Under the pieces are notes generated by a model. It made no database searches. It saw only the letters and a program-made list of their open reading frames with translations, and had not been told where the DNA came from. Shown piece by piece: positions 1 to 9,630 of a DNA stretch of 64,000 nt (positions are counted from its first letter, which is position 1; each line of letters starts with the position of its first letter). Source of the DNA: Pseudomonadales bacterium (GTDB taxonomy: Bacteria; Pseudomonadota; Gammaproteobacteria; Pseudomonadales; GM7GCV1); the NCBI GenBank assembly GCA_965204215.1, contig CBDBDZ010000014.1, positions 165,252-229,251 of the forward strand, in the 5' to 3' direction. Made by a program: the position numbers and the translations under genes.

Positions 1-1154
1 TGTATTTTTACAATTACTGAAACTGGTTTCGAGACATGAATTTGAAACACTTGCAAAAACCCATCATGAAGGTCAATCATTGAGAAAAATGTCTCGTTGG
101 TCACAGTTCGCATCGTTAAGTTTTGCACAACTTACAGGACGTTGTAGTCTACGAGATATTGTCGATAATTTATCAAGACAAAGCTCTAAAAGCTACCATT
201 TGGGTATGGGTGAAGTAAGCCGTTCGTCACTAGCACGAGTTAATAAAAAACAACCTTATCAACTTTATGAAGACTTGTTTTATAAATTATTATCTCGCTG
301 TAAACAATTAGCACCACGACATGGATTCAAGTTCAAAAATAAATTATATTCATTTGATTCCTCTACCATTGATTTATGTTTATCAGTGTTTCCTTGGGCG
401 ACGTTCCGCCGTGCAAAAGGAGCTATAAAGTTACATGTAGGAATTGACCACGATGGTTTTTTGCCTACGTTTATGACGGTAACGCAAGGCAAGAAACACG
501 ATGTAACGGCTGCTCGCACTCTTAAACTTGATAAAGGTTCAATTGTAGCTATAGACCGAGGATATACTGATTACAGTTGGTATAACTTACTCAATACTAA
601 AGGAATTTACTTTGTGACTCGAATAAAAAAGAATACCTGCTATCGTGTCAAAGAACGTCGAAAAGTAAACAAAGCTCAAGGAATCACCTCCGACCAAATT
701 ATTAGTTTAACCAGCAAAAAAGGTAGCGAATATCAAGGCAAACTTCGACGTGTGGGGTACTATGATAAAGAAACGAAAAAGCATTATTTCTTTTTAACCA
801 ACCATCTAAAGCTTGCTCCAAAAACTATTGCTGATATTTACAAAGCTCGTTGGCAAATTGAATTGTTTTTCAAATGCATTAAACAAAACCTTAAAATAAA
901 ATCGTTTATTGGCACTTCAAAGAATGCTGTGTTGACTCAAATTTGGATAGCTATGTGTACTTATCTTATCGTGGCTTACCTTAAATTCTCTGGAAAATTA
1001 GATTTGAGTATTCAACAGATTATTAGGATATTTCAAATCAATTTATTTGAGCGTAGAGACCTTTGGAAACTGTTAAAAAATGAACCTCCCGACCCTATGC
1101 CGTATAATCCTCAAGTACAGATAGCTTTCTCATGAAATTTGTGGGACAGCAGTG
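1..1154 (+). mobile_element. IS4-family insertion sequence (5' part outside the window)
   Basis: Carries a transposase ORF. Right end TTGTGGGACAGCAGTG (1139-1154) matches, at 15 of 16 positions, the left end TTATGGGACAGCAGTG (30296-30311) of a related relic, read inward from each element end. Confidence 0.9.
2..1135 (+). CDS. IS4-family transposase (DUF4372-like N-terminus + DDE domain), 5'-partial
   Basis: The frame is open from position 2 (VFLQLLKLVSRHEFETLA...). DDE-type motifs DSSTIDL, AIDRGY and YKARWQIELFFK are present. Confidence 0.9.
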   Translation, partial: VFLQLLKLVSRHEFETLAKTHHEGQSLRKMSRWSQFASLSFAQLTGRCSLRDIVDNLSRQSSKSYHLGMGEVSRSSLARVNKKQPYQLYEDLFYKLLSRCKQLAPRHGFKFKNKLYSFDSSTIDLCLSVFPWATFRRAKGAIKLHVGIDHDGFLPTFMTVTQGKKHDVTAARTLKLDKGSIVAIDRGYTDYSWYNLLNTKGIYFVTRIKKNTCYRVKERRKVNKAQGITSDQIISLTSKKGSEYQGKLRRVGYYDKETKKHYFFLTNHLKLAPKTIADIYKARWQIELFFKCIKQNLKIKSFIGTSKNAVLTQIWIAMCTYLIVAYLKFSGKLDLSIQQIIRIFQINLFERRDLWKLLKNEPPDPMPYNPQVQIAFS

Positions 1155-2089
1155 ATAACATATACTTTTTAATAAATAATAATTTTCACATATTAGATTT
1201 ATCTGGACCATGCCAAGTCTTTCATGAAGCAAATCAAATAGATCGTAGGTTTGAATTACATTATATTGCATTTTCGAATTTGGTTGAATCTTATCAAGGG
1301 TTAAATATCAGTAACGTGGTAGACCCTCCTGAAATAATACCTCCAAAATCTATAGTTATAGTCTGTGCTTCAAAATATGATTCTGAATTATTTACCGATG
1401 AAAACTCTAAAAAGAGTATATGTTGGTTGCAAAAAATAGCACCATTAGATATTACTATTGCAGGTATTTGTACTGGAGCATTTCTTTTAGCTAAGGCTGG
1501 ATTACTTAATAATCAGCAATGTACTACCCATCATCGATATACAGAAGAGCTTGGAACGAGGTATCCTTTATTGAGAGTATTAAAAGATCGTATTTATGTT
1601 AAATCTGACAATATTTATACTTCTGCAGGAGTTACTGCAGGCATTGATCTTTGCTTAGAATTAATAAGCGACTTAATTGATAAAAAATGCTCAGTCACTA
1701 TTGCTAGGGATTTAGTTGTTTCTCGTAGACGTATGGCAAATGACTCACAACTATCGGAGCATTTTAGCCATAGAAATCATGTAAGTCCTATGATTCATTC
1801 TATTCAAGACTATATAAGTAAAACTTTCACCGAAAAGATAACTTATAGTCTGCTCTGTAAAAAATTCAATATTTCATTGAGGCATTTACAACGCCTTTTT
1901 TATGATGTTACTGGCACTACTATTAAAAAATATATAACGGAATTAAGGTTAGAAGAAGCTAAATCTTTAATAGGAAATAATAAAACTATTGATCAAGCAG
2001 CATTTCTTTCTGGTTTCTCTACCCCATCCTCATTAAGAAGTGCATGGAAGAAAAAATATGGCTATCTGCCTAGTTCTTACCTTAAATAG
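1139..2089 (+). CDS. GlxA-type AraC regulator (DJ-1/PfpI domain + AraC HTH); native start replaced by the IS4 end
   Basis: Motifs LDLSGPCQVF, GICTGAFLLA, TTHH, YTSAGVTAGIDL and a C-terminal AraC HTH. The first five codons (TTG TGG GAC AGC AGT) lie inside the IS terminal repeat. Confidence 0.85.
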   Translation: MWDSSDNIYFLINNNFHILDLSGPCQVFHEANQIDRRFELHYIAFSNLVESYQGLNISNVVDPPEIIPPKSIVIVCASKYDSELFTDENSKKSICWLQKIAPLDITIAGICTGAFLLAKAGLLNNQQCTTHHRYTEELGTRYPLLRVLKDRIYVKSDNIYTSAGVTAGIDLCLELISDLIDKKCSVTIARDLVVSRRRMANDSQLSEHFSHRNHVSPMIHSIQDYISKTFTEKITYSLLCKKFNISLRHLQRLFYDVTGTTIKKYITELRLEEAKSLIGNNKTIDQAAFLSGFSTPSSLRSAWKKKYGYLPSSYLK

Positions 2090-2106
2090 TTTAATATAAC
2101 CACAAG

Positions 2107-2201
2107 TGGTGCCCAGAGGTGGGATTTAATTGAATAGCTATCTGACTAATAATAAATAAAATTATTTCTATTGTTCGTTTTAAAACCCCCAATAAAACCC
2201 C
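2107..2201 (-). other. Putative att junction: tRNA 3'-end-like fragment plus integrase arm-type direct repeats
   Basis: TGGTGCCCAGAGGTGGGATTT (2107-2127) reads as a tRNA acceptor/T-arm 3' end finishing in CCA on the minus strand. TAAAACCCC occurs twice at 2181-2201. Confidence 0.5.
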
Positions 2202-2236
2202 TTTTTAGATTTTGTTAAGGGTATTATTAGGCGAAA

Positions 2237-2434
2237 TTATGCGGCAATTCCCGATAAAGTAATTTTATCTAGGTCAGCCCTTTCACTAGCATGTTCTACA
2301 GTCATTGCAACCATCTTGCCATCAGCATTAATATCCATCGTTGTATTTTCATCAATATCAACGGTTTCAATAATCTCTAATTCATTGAATGCAATATACA
2401 ACGTATCAGTATCTTTAAAGTAGCTTATTTTCAC
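2237..2434 (-). CDS. DUF2283-like small protein (TA-associated)
   Basis: MKISYFKDTDTLYI...TMDINADGKMVAMTVEHAS resembles the DUF2283 pattern. Confidence 0.7.
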   Translation of the reverse strand: MKISYFKDTDTLYIAFNELEIIETVDIDENTTMDINADGKMVAMTVEHASERADLDKITLSGIAA

Positions 2435-2457
2435 AGTGGGGTTATTCGATAATGTTA

Positions 2458-2676
2458 CTATAGCGCTTTAATAAAATCATCGTAAGAAACACCAGCCTGT
2501 TTCAAGACCCCAGATAATGTGCCAACTTTTATTTCTTTGTGCATAGGTAGAACACAGCCATTTGCACCGCGTCTCATTACTAAATGGCTGCCTTTTTGCC
2601 TAACCACTTCAAAGCCTAGTCTTTCAAAAGCCTTAACAGCTTGTTTACCCGAAATATGCGGTAAGCTAGGAGGCAT
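2458..2676 (-). CDS. hicA: HicA-family toxin
   Basis: GFEVVRQKGSH with the catalytic His, and PMHKEIKVGTLSGVLKQAG. ATG at 2676 overlaps the hicB stop. Confidence 0.85.
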   Translation of the reverse strand: MPPSLPHISGKQAVKAFERLGFEVVRQKGSHLVMRRGANGCVLPMHKEIKVGTLSGVLKQAGVSYDDFIKAL

Positions 2677-2878
2677 AAGCAGGTGATACATCCATTGTTG
2701 TCATCATTGGTTTGCCATAAACAGTAACAGGAAACTCCTCAAGATATAACTCGGTAGCTTCTTTTAAATTAGTTAATGCTTCTTCAATAGATTCACCTTG
2801 AGAATGAGTTCCCGTCTCAGGGTTCATTGCCACAAACCCGTTTGATTCGTCAGGTATTAGTACTGCTGTTAATTCCAA
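2666..2878 (-). CDS. hicB: HicB-family antitoxin (short form, no C-terminal DNA-binding domain)
   Basis: SQGESIEEALTNLKEATELYLE motif. Probable TTG start at 2878 after a GGAG ribosome-binding site. Confidence 0.8.
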   Translation of the reverse strand: MELTAVLIPDESNGFVAMNPETGTHSQGESIEEALTNLKEATELYLEEFPVTVYGKPMMTTMDVSPAYAS

Positions 2879-3003
2879 AATAGTCTCCAAAGTGAAGTAA
2901 AGCATTAGTATAGATAAACTTGAATAATTTAGATTCAAATCATAAGACAATTCTAGCAATGGATTAGTAGGTTTACAATCCATTGTTAGAATTTACAGCT
3001 TAT

Positions 3004-3435
3004 CTATTTACCACACCACAAACCATACCACGTTTTTTGCTCACATTGGCATTTTACTCGTGCATTGGTATAGACTTCATCTTCGTTTATAACCTCAACT
3101 AATTCATCATTTTTAAAGCCAAAGAAATATAGCGAACTACCTGCATAACCTCCATAGGTATTTTTAGCATTAATCTCAGCACAAACAAAATGTCCATAGG
3201 TATCAATTACTTTAAAGCCCTTGGTCATTAGCCATGTTCCTTGGTTTAACTCAGCTAAATATTTAACTCGCTTACTATCAGGGTCAAGTAAGACACCATC
3301 AAGATAATCATTGACTTTATTTTGATAGTCGGTAGGTGGTGAGCCAAAATCTTCGGCAGTAGGTTGATAAGGAGGGGTAGGTGTAGCACAGGCAGTCAGT
3401 GCCATTACCATATACAGCAATGTGTACTTTTTCAT
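3004..3435 (-). CDS. Hypothetical lipoprotein (prophage/island type)
   Basis: Lipobox LTAC after MKKY. Contains CAEINAKNTYGGYAG, a motif I associate with island lipoproteins. Confidence 0.65.
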   Translation of the reverse strand: MKKYTLLYMVMALTACATPTPPYQPTAEDFGSPPTDYQNKVNDYLDGVLLDPDSKRVKYLAELNQGTWLMTKGFKVIDTYGHFVCAEINAKNTYGGYAGSSLYFFGFKNDELVEVINEDEVYTNARVKCQCEQKTWYGLWCGK

Positions 3436-3700
3436 TTTTCTTTCTCTATTCGTTGGTTGCAAAATTGACACCAAATAAATGGCGTCAGGTCATTGCAACC
3501 GTCACATAGAGAAATGTGGGGAGTCTCGCCTATTCACCAGACTTTGGGGAGCTACCCTAAGTCATAAATAGCTATTGTATTCAGCGAGTGACCCGACAAA
3601 GGGACACTCTAAGTAACGATTGCAGTAACTATATTAGTGTATTCACTAGCACTAGTAAATAGTATGCGAAGATATACAAATATTTTCATGGTAAAGCAAT

Positions 3701-5623
3701 ATGAAATCTCATTTTAAAACTAGTCTTTTTTTAATCTCATCAATTATTTTAACCGCTTGTGGTGGTGGTTCAGGCAGTGGAACAACACCTCAGCAGCCAA
3801 CAAATTCAGCACCTATTGTCGCAAATCCAATAGCGGATATGTCTGCTAATGTTGGCGATAATTTTAGTTTCACGATACCAACGAATGTATGCACCGATGC
3901 AGATAATGACCCTATTACTATCAGTACAAGTATCGACCCGAATATACTAGGTTTAAGTGTTGCCAATAATATCGTATCAGGAACATTAACTACTCAAGGT
4001 TCGGTTGGTGTTGATGTTACCTGTTCAGCGACAGGTGGTTCGGTTGTTGATACTTTTGGAATTACTGTTGGTGTCGCAGGCAATTCAGCACCAATAATAA
4101 ATAGTGCTGTGCTGACTGACCAAACAGGAACAATCAATGTGCCATTTTCATACACAGTGCCTAATAATTTTTGTACTGATACAGATGGCGATACACTAAC
4201 TACCAGAAGCGAAATTGCAAGTACTGATAATCAAGGCTTGACTGCTAGTGGATTGACAATAAGTGGTACGCCAGTAAGAACGGGTAATTTAATCATTAAT
4301 GTATTTTGTTCTGATGGCGTTAATAACGAAATAGGCACTTCCTATAATATCAATATATTAACCAGTGACGGACAATCTAACCAAGCTCCTATAATACAAG
4401 AAGACCCTAATTCAGCGATAAGTGTCGATGAGGATAGTTCTGTTACATTTACTTTAACAGGGTTGGATTTAGATGGCTCAATTGCGAGTATTGAGGCGGT
4501 ATCACAACCTGTAAATGGTACTTTAACAGGGCTACCCATCTCTGGAGTATTAGCAAATGTGTCATATACACCCAGTGCTAATTTTAGTGGTACTGATAGC
4601 TTTCAATTTACTGTAACTGACAATGATGGCGTTTCATCAATACCCTTTACCTACAATATTATTGTTAGTCCTACAAATGACCCAACTGTATTTACCTCCG
4701 CAAATACAGCTATCGCCCCTGCAAATAATATAACAGCTTTTTATACTGCAATAGCTACTGATATAGATGGTGATACTATTATTTATGGCATTGATACTGG
4801 AGGAGATGCATCATTCTTTAATATTGACTCAAATACGGGTGAGTTATCTTTTAATGTCTCTGTGAGTGTTGAAAACCCATTAGATGCTAATGGAGACAAT
4901 ATTTATATTGCAATTATTTCAATTAATTCTTTTGGTGAAACAGGTTCATCAGAATTATTTAGTGAAACGGTATTAGTAACAGTTGTTAACAATGTAGGAA
5001 CAGGGGATACCCTTAATTTCCCTCAAGGTATTGTTTTAAACGTTGCTACTAATCAATTATTGGTAGCTAATAGAGCCAATGGAGATATAATCGGCGTTAA
5101 TTTGACGACAGGAAATCGAAGTGCTATCTCTGATTTTAATACAGGTACTGGAACAAATTTTGGAGAGCCTGTGGATATAGCTTTAGATACAATCAATAAT
5201 CAATTATTTGTAGTTGATGCTGGCTTTAGAACTACTGGAATCATTGCTGTTGATTTGGCAACAGGGAATCGTACTGTTATCTCCGATTCTAATACAGGAG
5301 GTGGAGTAAACTTCTTAACCCCTTCTGGGATTGTTTTAGATGCGACGAATGATAGACTATTAGTTACTAACAGTGATGATGACTCAATTATTGCTGTCAA
5401 TTTAACAACAGGTAACCGCACTATTATTTCTGATAATAATATAGGGATTGGTGCAACTCTAGATAATCCTCAAGGCATTGAATTAGACTTTGGTAGTAAT
5501 AGGCTTTTAGTGTCCGAGCGTTTTGGAGGGGAAATTACTGGGATTGATTTAACAACAGGTAACCGCACCATTATTTCCGATATTAACCTGGCCATAATAA
5601 TTCGTAATAATTATGCGGCATAA
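3701..5623 (+). pseudogene. Surface lipoprotein with four Ig/cadherin-like domains and NHL-like beta-propeller repeats, truncated by IS630
   Basis: Lipobox LTAC-GGG; repeated NSAP/NQAP...D.D.D modules; four ~49-aa repeats ending LxTGNRxxISD. The last 12 codons come from the IS630 end. Confidence 0.8.
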
Positions 5624-6500
5624 GCAATCTTTCTATGCTTGAAATATGACTTGACTCTTTCAGGCTTTTCTTGAATCATAGACATATGCTTATTGAGTTT
5701 TTTAGCAATATCTCCTTTCTTTCGAGTAGGTTTATCCGCCCCCATTGAACGCTTCAAATCACAGTTAAGATATTCATCAGGATTAAGTTCTGGTGAATAG
5801 CTTGGTAAATAAAACACTTCAATTTTTTCAGTATGACCTTTTAACCATTCCGAGACTAATTTAGCGTGATGAACACGTAAATTATCAACAATGAGAAATA
5901 CCTTGTTCGACGATTGTTTTATTAATTGCTTCAAGAATTTTATGAATACTTGGGCTGTAAACTTATCATCATAAATCATAAATTGAACCTTGCCCTGATT
6001 GGTGATACTAGAAATCATATTCACCCGTTCTCGTTTAGCATGAGATAGTGTTAATACAGGTGTTTTACCTTTGGGCGCATAACCACGAGGGTAATGCTCC
6101 TGACTTGAGACACCTGTTTCATCACCCCAATGAATCTCTGCATCTTCATCTTGAGCGCGTTGATGTACGACAGGATAGGTTTTATCAAGCCATTGCTTGA
6201 CTGCTTCTGGTTGTTGCTCGTAACTTCGTTTTATAGGTCGTTGGGGAGTGAACCCCCAGCGTGATAAATATCGGCACACTGTTCGTGTCGCCAATTTGCA
6301 CGCAAATTGTTCTTCAATTAATTGCTGTACCGCCTTGACTGACCAAAGTGCAAAATCTAATTTCAACTGATCGGGCGTTTTATCCACAATCATTCGTTGT
6401 ATGGATAGTTCTTGTTCGGGCGATAAACTCCGACCTTTGCCTATAGCCCGACCTTTACGTTTCTCAACAGTTGTCAGTTTACCTGTACGGCTATAGTCAT
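5584..6500 (-). mobile_element. IS630-family element, 3' part only (5' part replaced by IS3)
   Basis: TA at 5584-5585 followed by the end sequence ACCTGGCCATAATAATTCG. Transposase homology continues upstream of the ORF-track start to about 6500. Confidence 0.85.
5611..6500 (-). pseudogene. IS630 transposase lacking its N-terminus
   Basis: DKTPDQLKLDFALW, WGDETG, IVDNLRVH and LPSYSPELNPDE motifs. The frame runs into the IS3 left repeat. Confidence 0.85.
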
Positions 6501-6591
6501 TAAGAAGTGGAGCCCATCGGTTAGACAGGATTTTTGAAATTTAAGAAATATTTTGCGACAATAAACCTACTATTATTTGAAGCATATTATT

Positions 6592-6894
6592 ATGACAAAA
6601 CGAAGAAACCATTCACCATCCTTTAAAGCTAAAGTTGCTTTAACCGCGGCAAGAGGTGATAACACCTTAGCCGAGCTGTCGCAACAATTTGGCTTACATC
6701 AAACCCAAATTCATCAATGGCGCCAGCAATTAATGGAACAAGCCTCATCATTATTTGAACGCAGTAGTGTGTCTAAATCTGATGTCAAACAGATTGACCA
6801 ATTGCATTCCAAAATTGGTCAATTAACGATGGAACGCGATTTTTTAGAACGCGGGCTAGACAGGATTCAAGCCCCTACGCAAGGAGATGATTGA
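6592..6894 (+). CDS. IS3 transposase OrfA (HTH)
   Basis: KRRNHSPSFKAKVAL...LHSKIGQLTMERDFL. Confidence 0.85.
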   Translation: MTKRRNHSPSFKAKVALTAARGDNTLAELSQQFGLHQTQIHQWRQQLMEQASSLFERSSVSKSDVKQIDQLHSKIGQLTMERDFLERGLDRIQAPTQGDD

Positions 6895-7720
6895 TATGAC
6901 TCATCCCACATTAGCGGTGTCAAAACAATGCGAGTTACTATCAGTCAACCGCTCTACTTTTTATTATCAGCCTAAACCTCTCAGTGATAGTGATGTCGAT
7001 TTGATGAGGCGTATTGATGCTATCCATATGAAGCTTCCTTTCTATGGCAGCCGCCGTATTCGTGACCAATTAGAGACCGAAGATATCTTCATCAATCGAA
7101 AGAAAGTACAGCGATTGATGCTTGCCATGGGCATTATAGCCATCTTTCCTAAGAAGAAAACCACGATATCCAATAAGGCTCATCGCATCTATCCTTATCG
7201 TTTGAGAGGGTTGAATATCAACCGTTCTAATCAAGTATGAGCAACCGATATAACCTATATTCCAATGGCTAAAGGTTTTGTGTATTTAGTGGCTGTTATT
7301 GACTGGTTCAGTCGTAAGGTACTGTCATGGCGATTATCTAACACAATGGATACTGCTTTTTGTATTGAAGCTCTTGAAGAGGCTATACAACGCCATGGTA
7401 AACCTGATATATTCAATACTGACCAAGGTTCGCAATTTACCAGTGACGCCTTTACTTCTGTACTCATTGATAATAACATTGAAATTAGTATGGATGGTCG
7501 AGGTCGTTGGCTTGATAATGTATTTATTGAGCGATTGTGGCGTAGCCTTAAATATGAAAATATCTATTTAAAAGCCTACGACACAGTCCCTGAAGTACGA
7601 GCTGGTATTGATGAGTATTTTCGTTTCTTTAACGAAGACAGACGGCATCAAAATTTGAAGGGGAGACAAACTCCCGATCAGATTTATTATGCCAATTTAA
7701 CGCTGCCTAAAGCAGCATAA
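6887..7720 (+). pseudogene. IS3 transposase OrfB with an in-frame nonsense codon
   Basis: SNQV-TGA(7238-7240)-ATDITYIP, with TGA where Trp is conserved. The rve core (TDQGSQF, IERLWRSLKYE) is otherwise intact. Confidence 0.85.
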
Positions 7721-7773
7721 ACCTGTCCAAAATATTTCTTAAGCCACTGTCTGAAAAATGGGGTCCATTTCTA

Positions 7774-8570
7774 AGGGCATTTTCTAGGTCAAATTCTTGC
7801 CATCGTGCGCCACGCAGTTCACCAGGTCGAACAAAGGTCAGCACTAATAATTGAATCGCTAATTGGGTGAGTAACCGCCCTTGTTGGTGGTAATCTTCAA
7901 GTTCTCGCAGAAACCTTCCCAACTGGTCAGTGGGTAATGAGTCGCGGTGCTTAGACTTGAATGTTTTGACCACGCCTTGCAGTTCAGTAGCAGGGTTGTA
8001 TTGCAGTAAACTGATTTGAACCCCATAGCGAAATATTTGAGTAACCGATTGCAATACTCGACTGGCGACATCTAATGCCCCACGAGCTTCAATCGCTTTG
8101 ATGACATGCAGTACATCGACCGTTTGAATCTCGGTGACTGGTTTGACATCTAAATAGGGGTAGCAGTCTTTGATGAGACGGCTTTCAATCACTTGAGCGT
8201 GTTTTTCTGTCCACTTGCCCTTTTTGTTTTCCAACCATTGAGACGCTAAAGTAGAGAATTTTTCCGCCTCACCGAACAATTGCTTACGCTTGGTCGCTTT
8301 ACGCTCACTGGCAGGGTCAACGCCCTCTTGTAGCTTCATCCGTGCCTTGTCGCGCTCAGTGCGCGCTGCTTTGAGCGATATATCGGGATAGACGCCAATA
8401 GCGAAAGTTTTTTGTTTGCCGAGATGGCGGTAGTTTAATCGCCAGTATTTAGAACCGTTGGGTTTTATCAATAAGCGCAAGCCGTTGCCGTCGGAGTGCC
8501 ATTGATCTTTACCGGTGGGTTGAAAACTTTTTACTTGCTTGTCGGTCAATAACACGGGATAGAGCTGCAT
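7774..8570 (-). pseudogene. P4-like tyrosine integrase, C-terminally truncated by IS3
   Basis: Arm-binding domain (DGNGLRLLIKPNGSKYWRLNYR) and first catalytic Arg (TFVRPGELRGARW). The sequence switches to the IS3 IR after ...FDLENAL. Confidence 0.9.
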
Positions 8571-8584
8571 TTAGGCGAAAAATG

Positions 8585-8615
8585 TAGCAGCAAATATAGC
8601 AGCAAAATGCTGCTA
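8585..8615. repeat. Putative integrase arm-binding repeats between tRNA-fMet and the integrase
   Basis: TAGCAGCAAA twice (8585-8594, 8597-8606), followed by an inverted TGCTGCTA. Confidence 0.5.
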
Positions 8616-8696
8616 CTTCAAGAAAAAAGGTGAAACAGTCCATAATGCTAAAAGCCTTGATTGACAAGGCTTTTAAAATGTTTTGAAACAAAAAAT

Positions 8697-8773
8697 TGGT
8701 TGCGGGAGCCGGATTTGAACCGACGACCTTCGGGTTATGAGCCCGACGGGCTACCAGACTGCCCCATCCCGCG
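8697..8773 (-). tRNA. Initiator tRNA-fMet (CAT)
   Basis: 77-nt cloverleaf with a C1:A72 mismatch, GGG/CCC anticodon stem around CAT, and encoded CCA. Confidence 0.97.
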
Positions 8774-8785
8774 TTAAACTAATTA

Positions 8786-8941
8786 TTACTTAATTTTTCC
8801 TTCTTTATATATAACATGCTTACGTGCTACTGGGTCAAACTTTTTAATTTCAAATTTCCCAGGCATGTTTTTTTTATTTTTATCTGTAGTATAGAAATGA
8901 CCTGTACCTGCAGATGAGTTGAGTCTTATCTTATCACGCAT
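8786..8941 (-). CDS. rpmG: 50S ribosomal protein L33 (absent from the ORF track)
   Basis: Translated by hand: [51 protein letters not shown]. Confidence 0.97.
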   Translation of the reverse strand: MRDKIRLNSSAGTGHFYTTDKNKKNMPGKFEIKKFDPVARKHVIYKEGKIK

Positions 8942-8967
8942 GAATCTATCTCGTCAAAGTTTATTGC

Positions 8968-9201
8968 TTAAACTGCTTCGCGCTCGCGAATATTACTTAA
9001 TACTTTATCAATTCCAACTTTATCAATAATGCGTTGACCTTTAGCTGAAATTCTTAGTTTGATAAAGCGTTTTTCAGATTCCAGCCAAAATTTACGAACA
9101 TGAAGATTGGGCAAAAAACGGCGCTTAGTCCTGTTTTTAGCATGAGAGACATTGTTGCCGCTCATTGGCTTTTTACCTGTAACTTGACAGACTCTAGACA
9201 T
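8968..9201 (-). CDS. rpmB: 50S ribosomal protein L28
   Basis: [33 protein letters not shown]; lies directly upstream of rpmG. Confidence 0.97.
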   Translation of the reverse strand: MSRVCQVTGKKPMSGNNVSHAKNRTKRRFLPNLHVRKFWLESEKRFIKLRISAKGQRIIDKVGIDKVLSNIREREAV

Positions 9202-9359
9202 TAAAATTCTCTAATTTGAATAAACTAACTCTTATTTGCTGATTATGATTTTGCGTCATCATTTTCAGGGTGCGACATTAAACCAAAAAAAATATTTCTT
9301 TTCAAGAATAATATCCAAAATTACAATTTTTTAGCGAGTCGACGCTAAAATCATTGTAT

Positions 9360-9447
9360 TAACCCTGCATGAATATATCATAATTTTATGTTATAATACT
9401 TGTCATGAAACAAGTAGATTTAAGAACCCTTAGCCCCGAGTCTCGAC
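9360..9447 (+). mobile_element. Possible left-end relic of an IS630-family element
   Basis: TA+ACCCTGCATGAATATATCATAAT matches the IS630 end at 5586 at 15 of 23 positions. ATG at 9405 gives MKQVDLRTLSPES, which resembles an IS630 N-terminus. Confidence 0.4.
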
Positions 9448-9630
9448 TAGAGTTTCCAATGGAGTATTATTTGAAAATTACACAGGCAGCTTAATTTCTA
9501 TGCTCTTGTCTCACATGTACTGAACCCTCACAATATGTGGTTTCGCTTGTAGTGAACCTTACATGAGTTTTCTGATATTTTTTGTACTTAGAAGCAATAC
9601 ATCATTGGACACGTAGGGACTATGTCGCAC

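Larger units (their letters stand above)
6502..7773 (+). mobile_element. IS3-family insertion sequence
   Basis: Imperfect 27-bp terminal IRs: AAGAAGTGGAGCCCATCGGTTAGACAG and the reverse complement of CTGTCTGAAAAATGGGGTCCATTTCTA. orfA/orfB layout; no target duplication visible. Confidence 0.9.

Noticed and set aside
3475-3700. Possible riboswitch (c-di-GMP or yybP-like) or RAYT-associated repeat upstream of the surface lipoprotein
   Set aside because: Only short fragments resemble the consensus (GGGGAG, GACAAAGGGAC, GGCGTCAGGTC) and I could not build a full structure. An Rfam scan would settle it.
5000-5580. Regularly spaced DNA repeats (TTAACAACAGGTAACCGCAC) as a CRISPR-like or DGR array
   Set aside because: They are in-frame coding repeats of the NHL-like blades. 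There are no cas genes or reverse transcriptase nearby.
7238-7240. TGA at a conserved Trp in IS3 OrfB as a sign of an alternative genetic code
   Set aside because: Housekeeping genes use TGG for Trp and several end in TGA (for example trmB and glmM). A single nonsense mutation is the simpler explanation.
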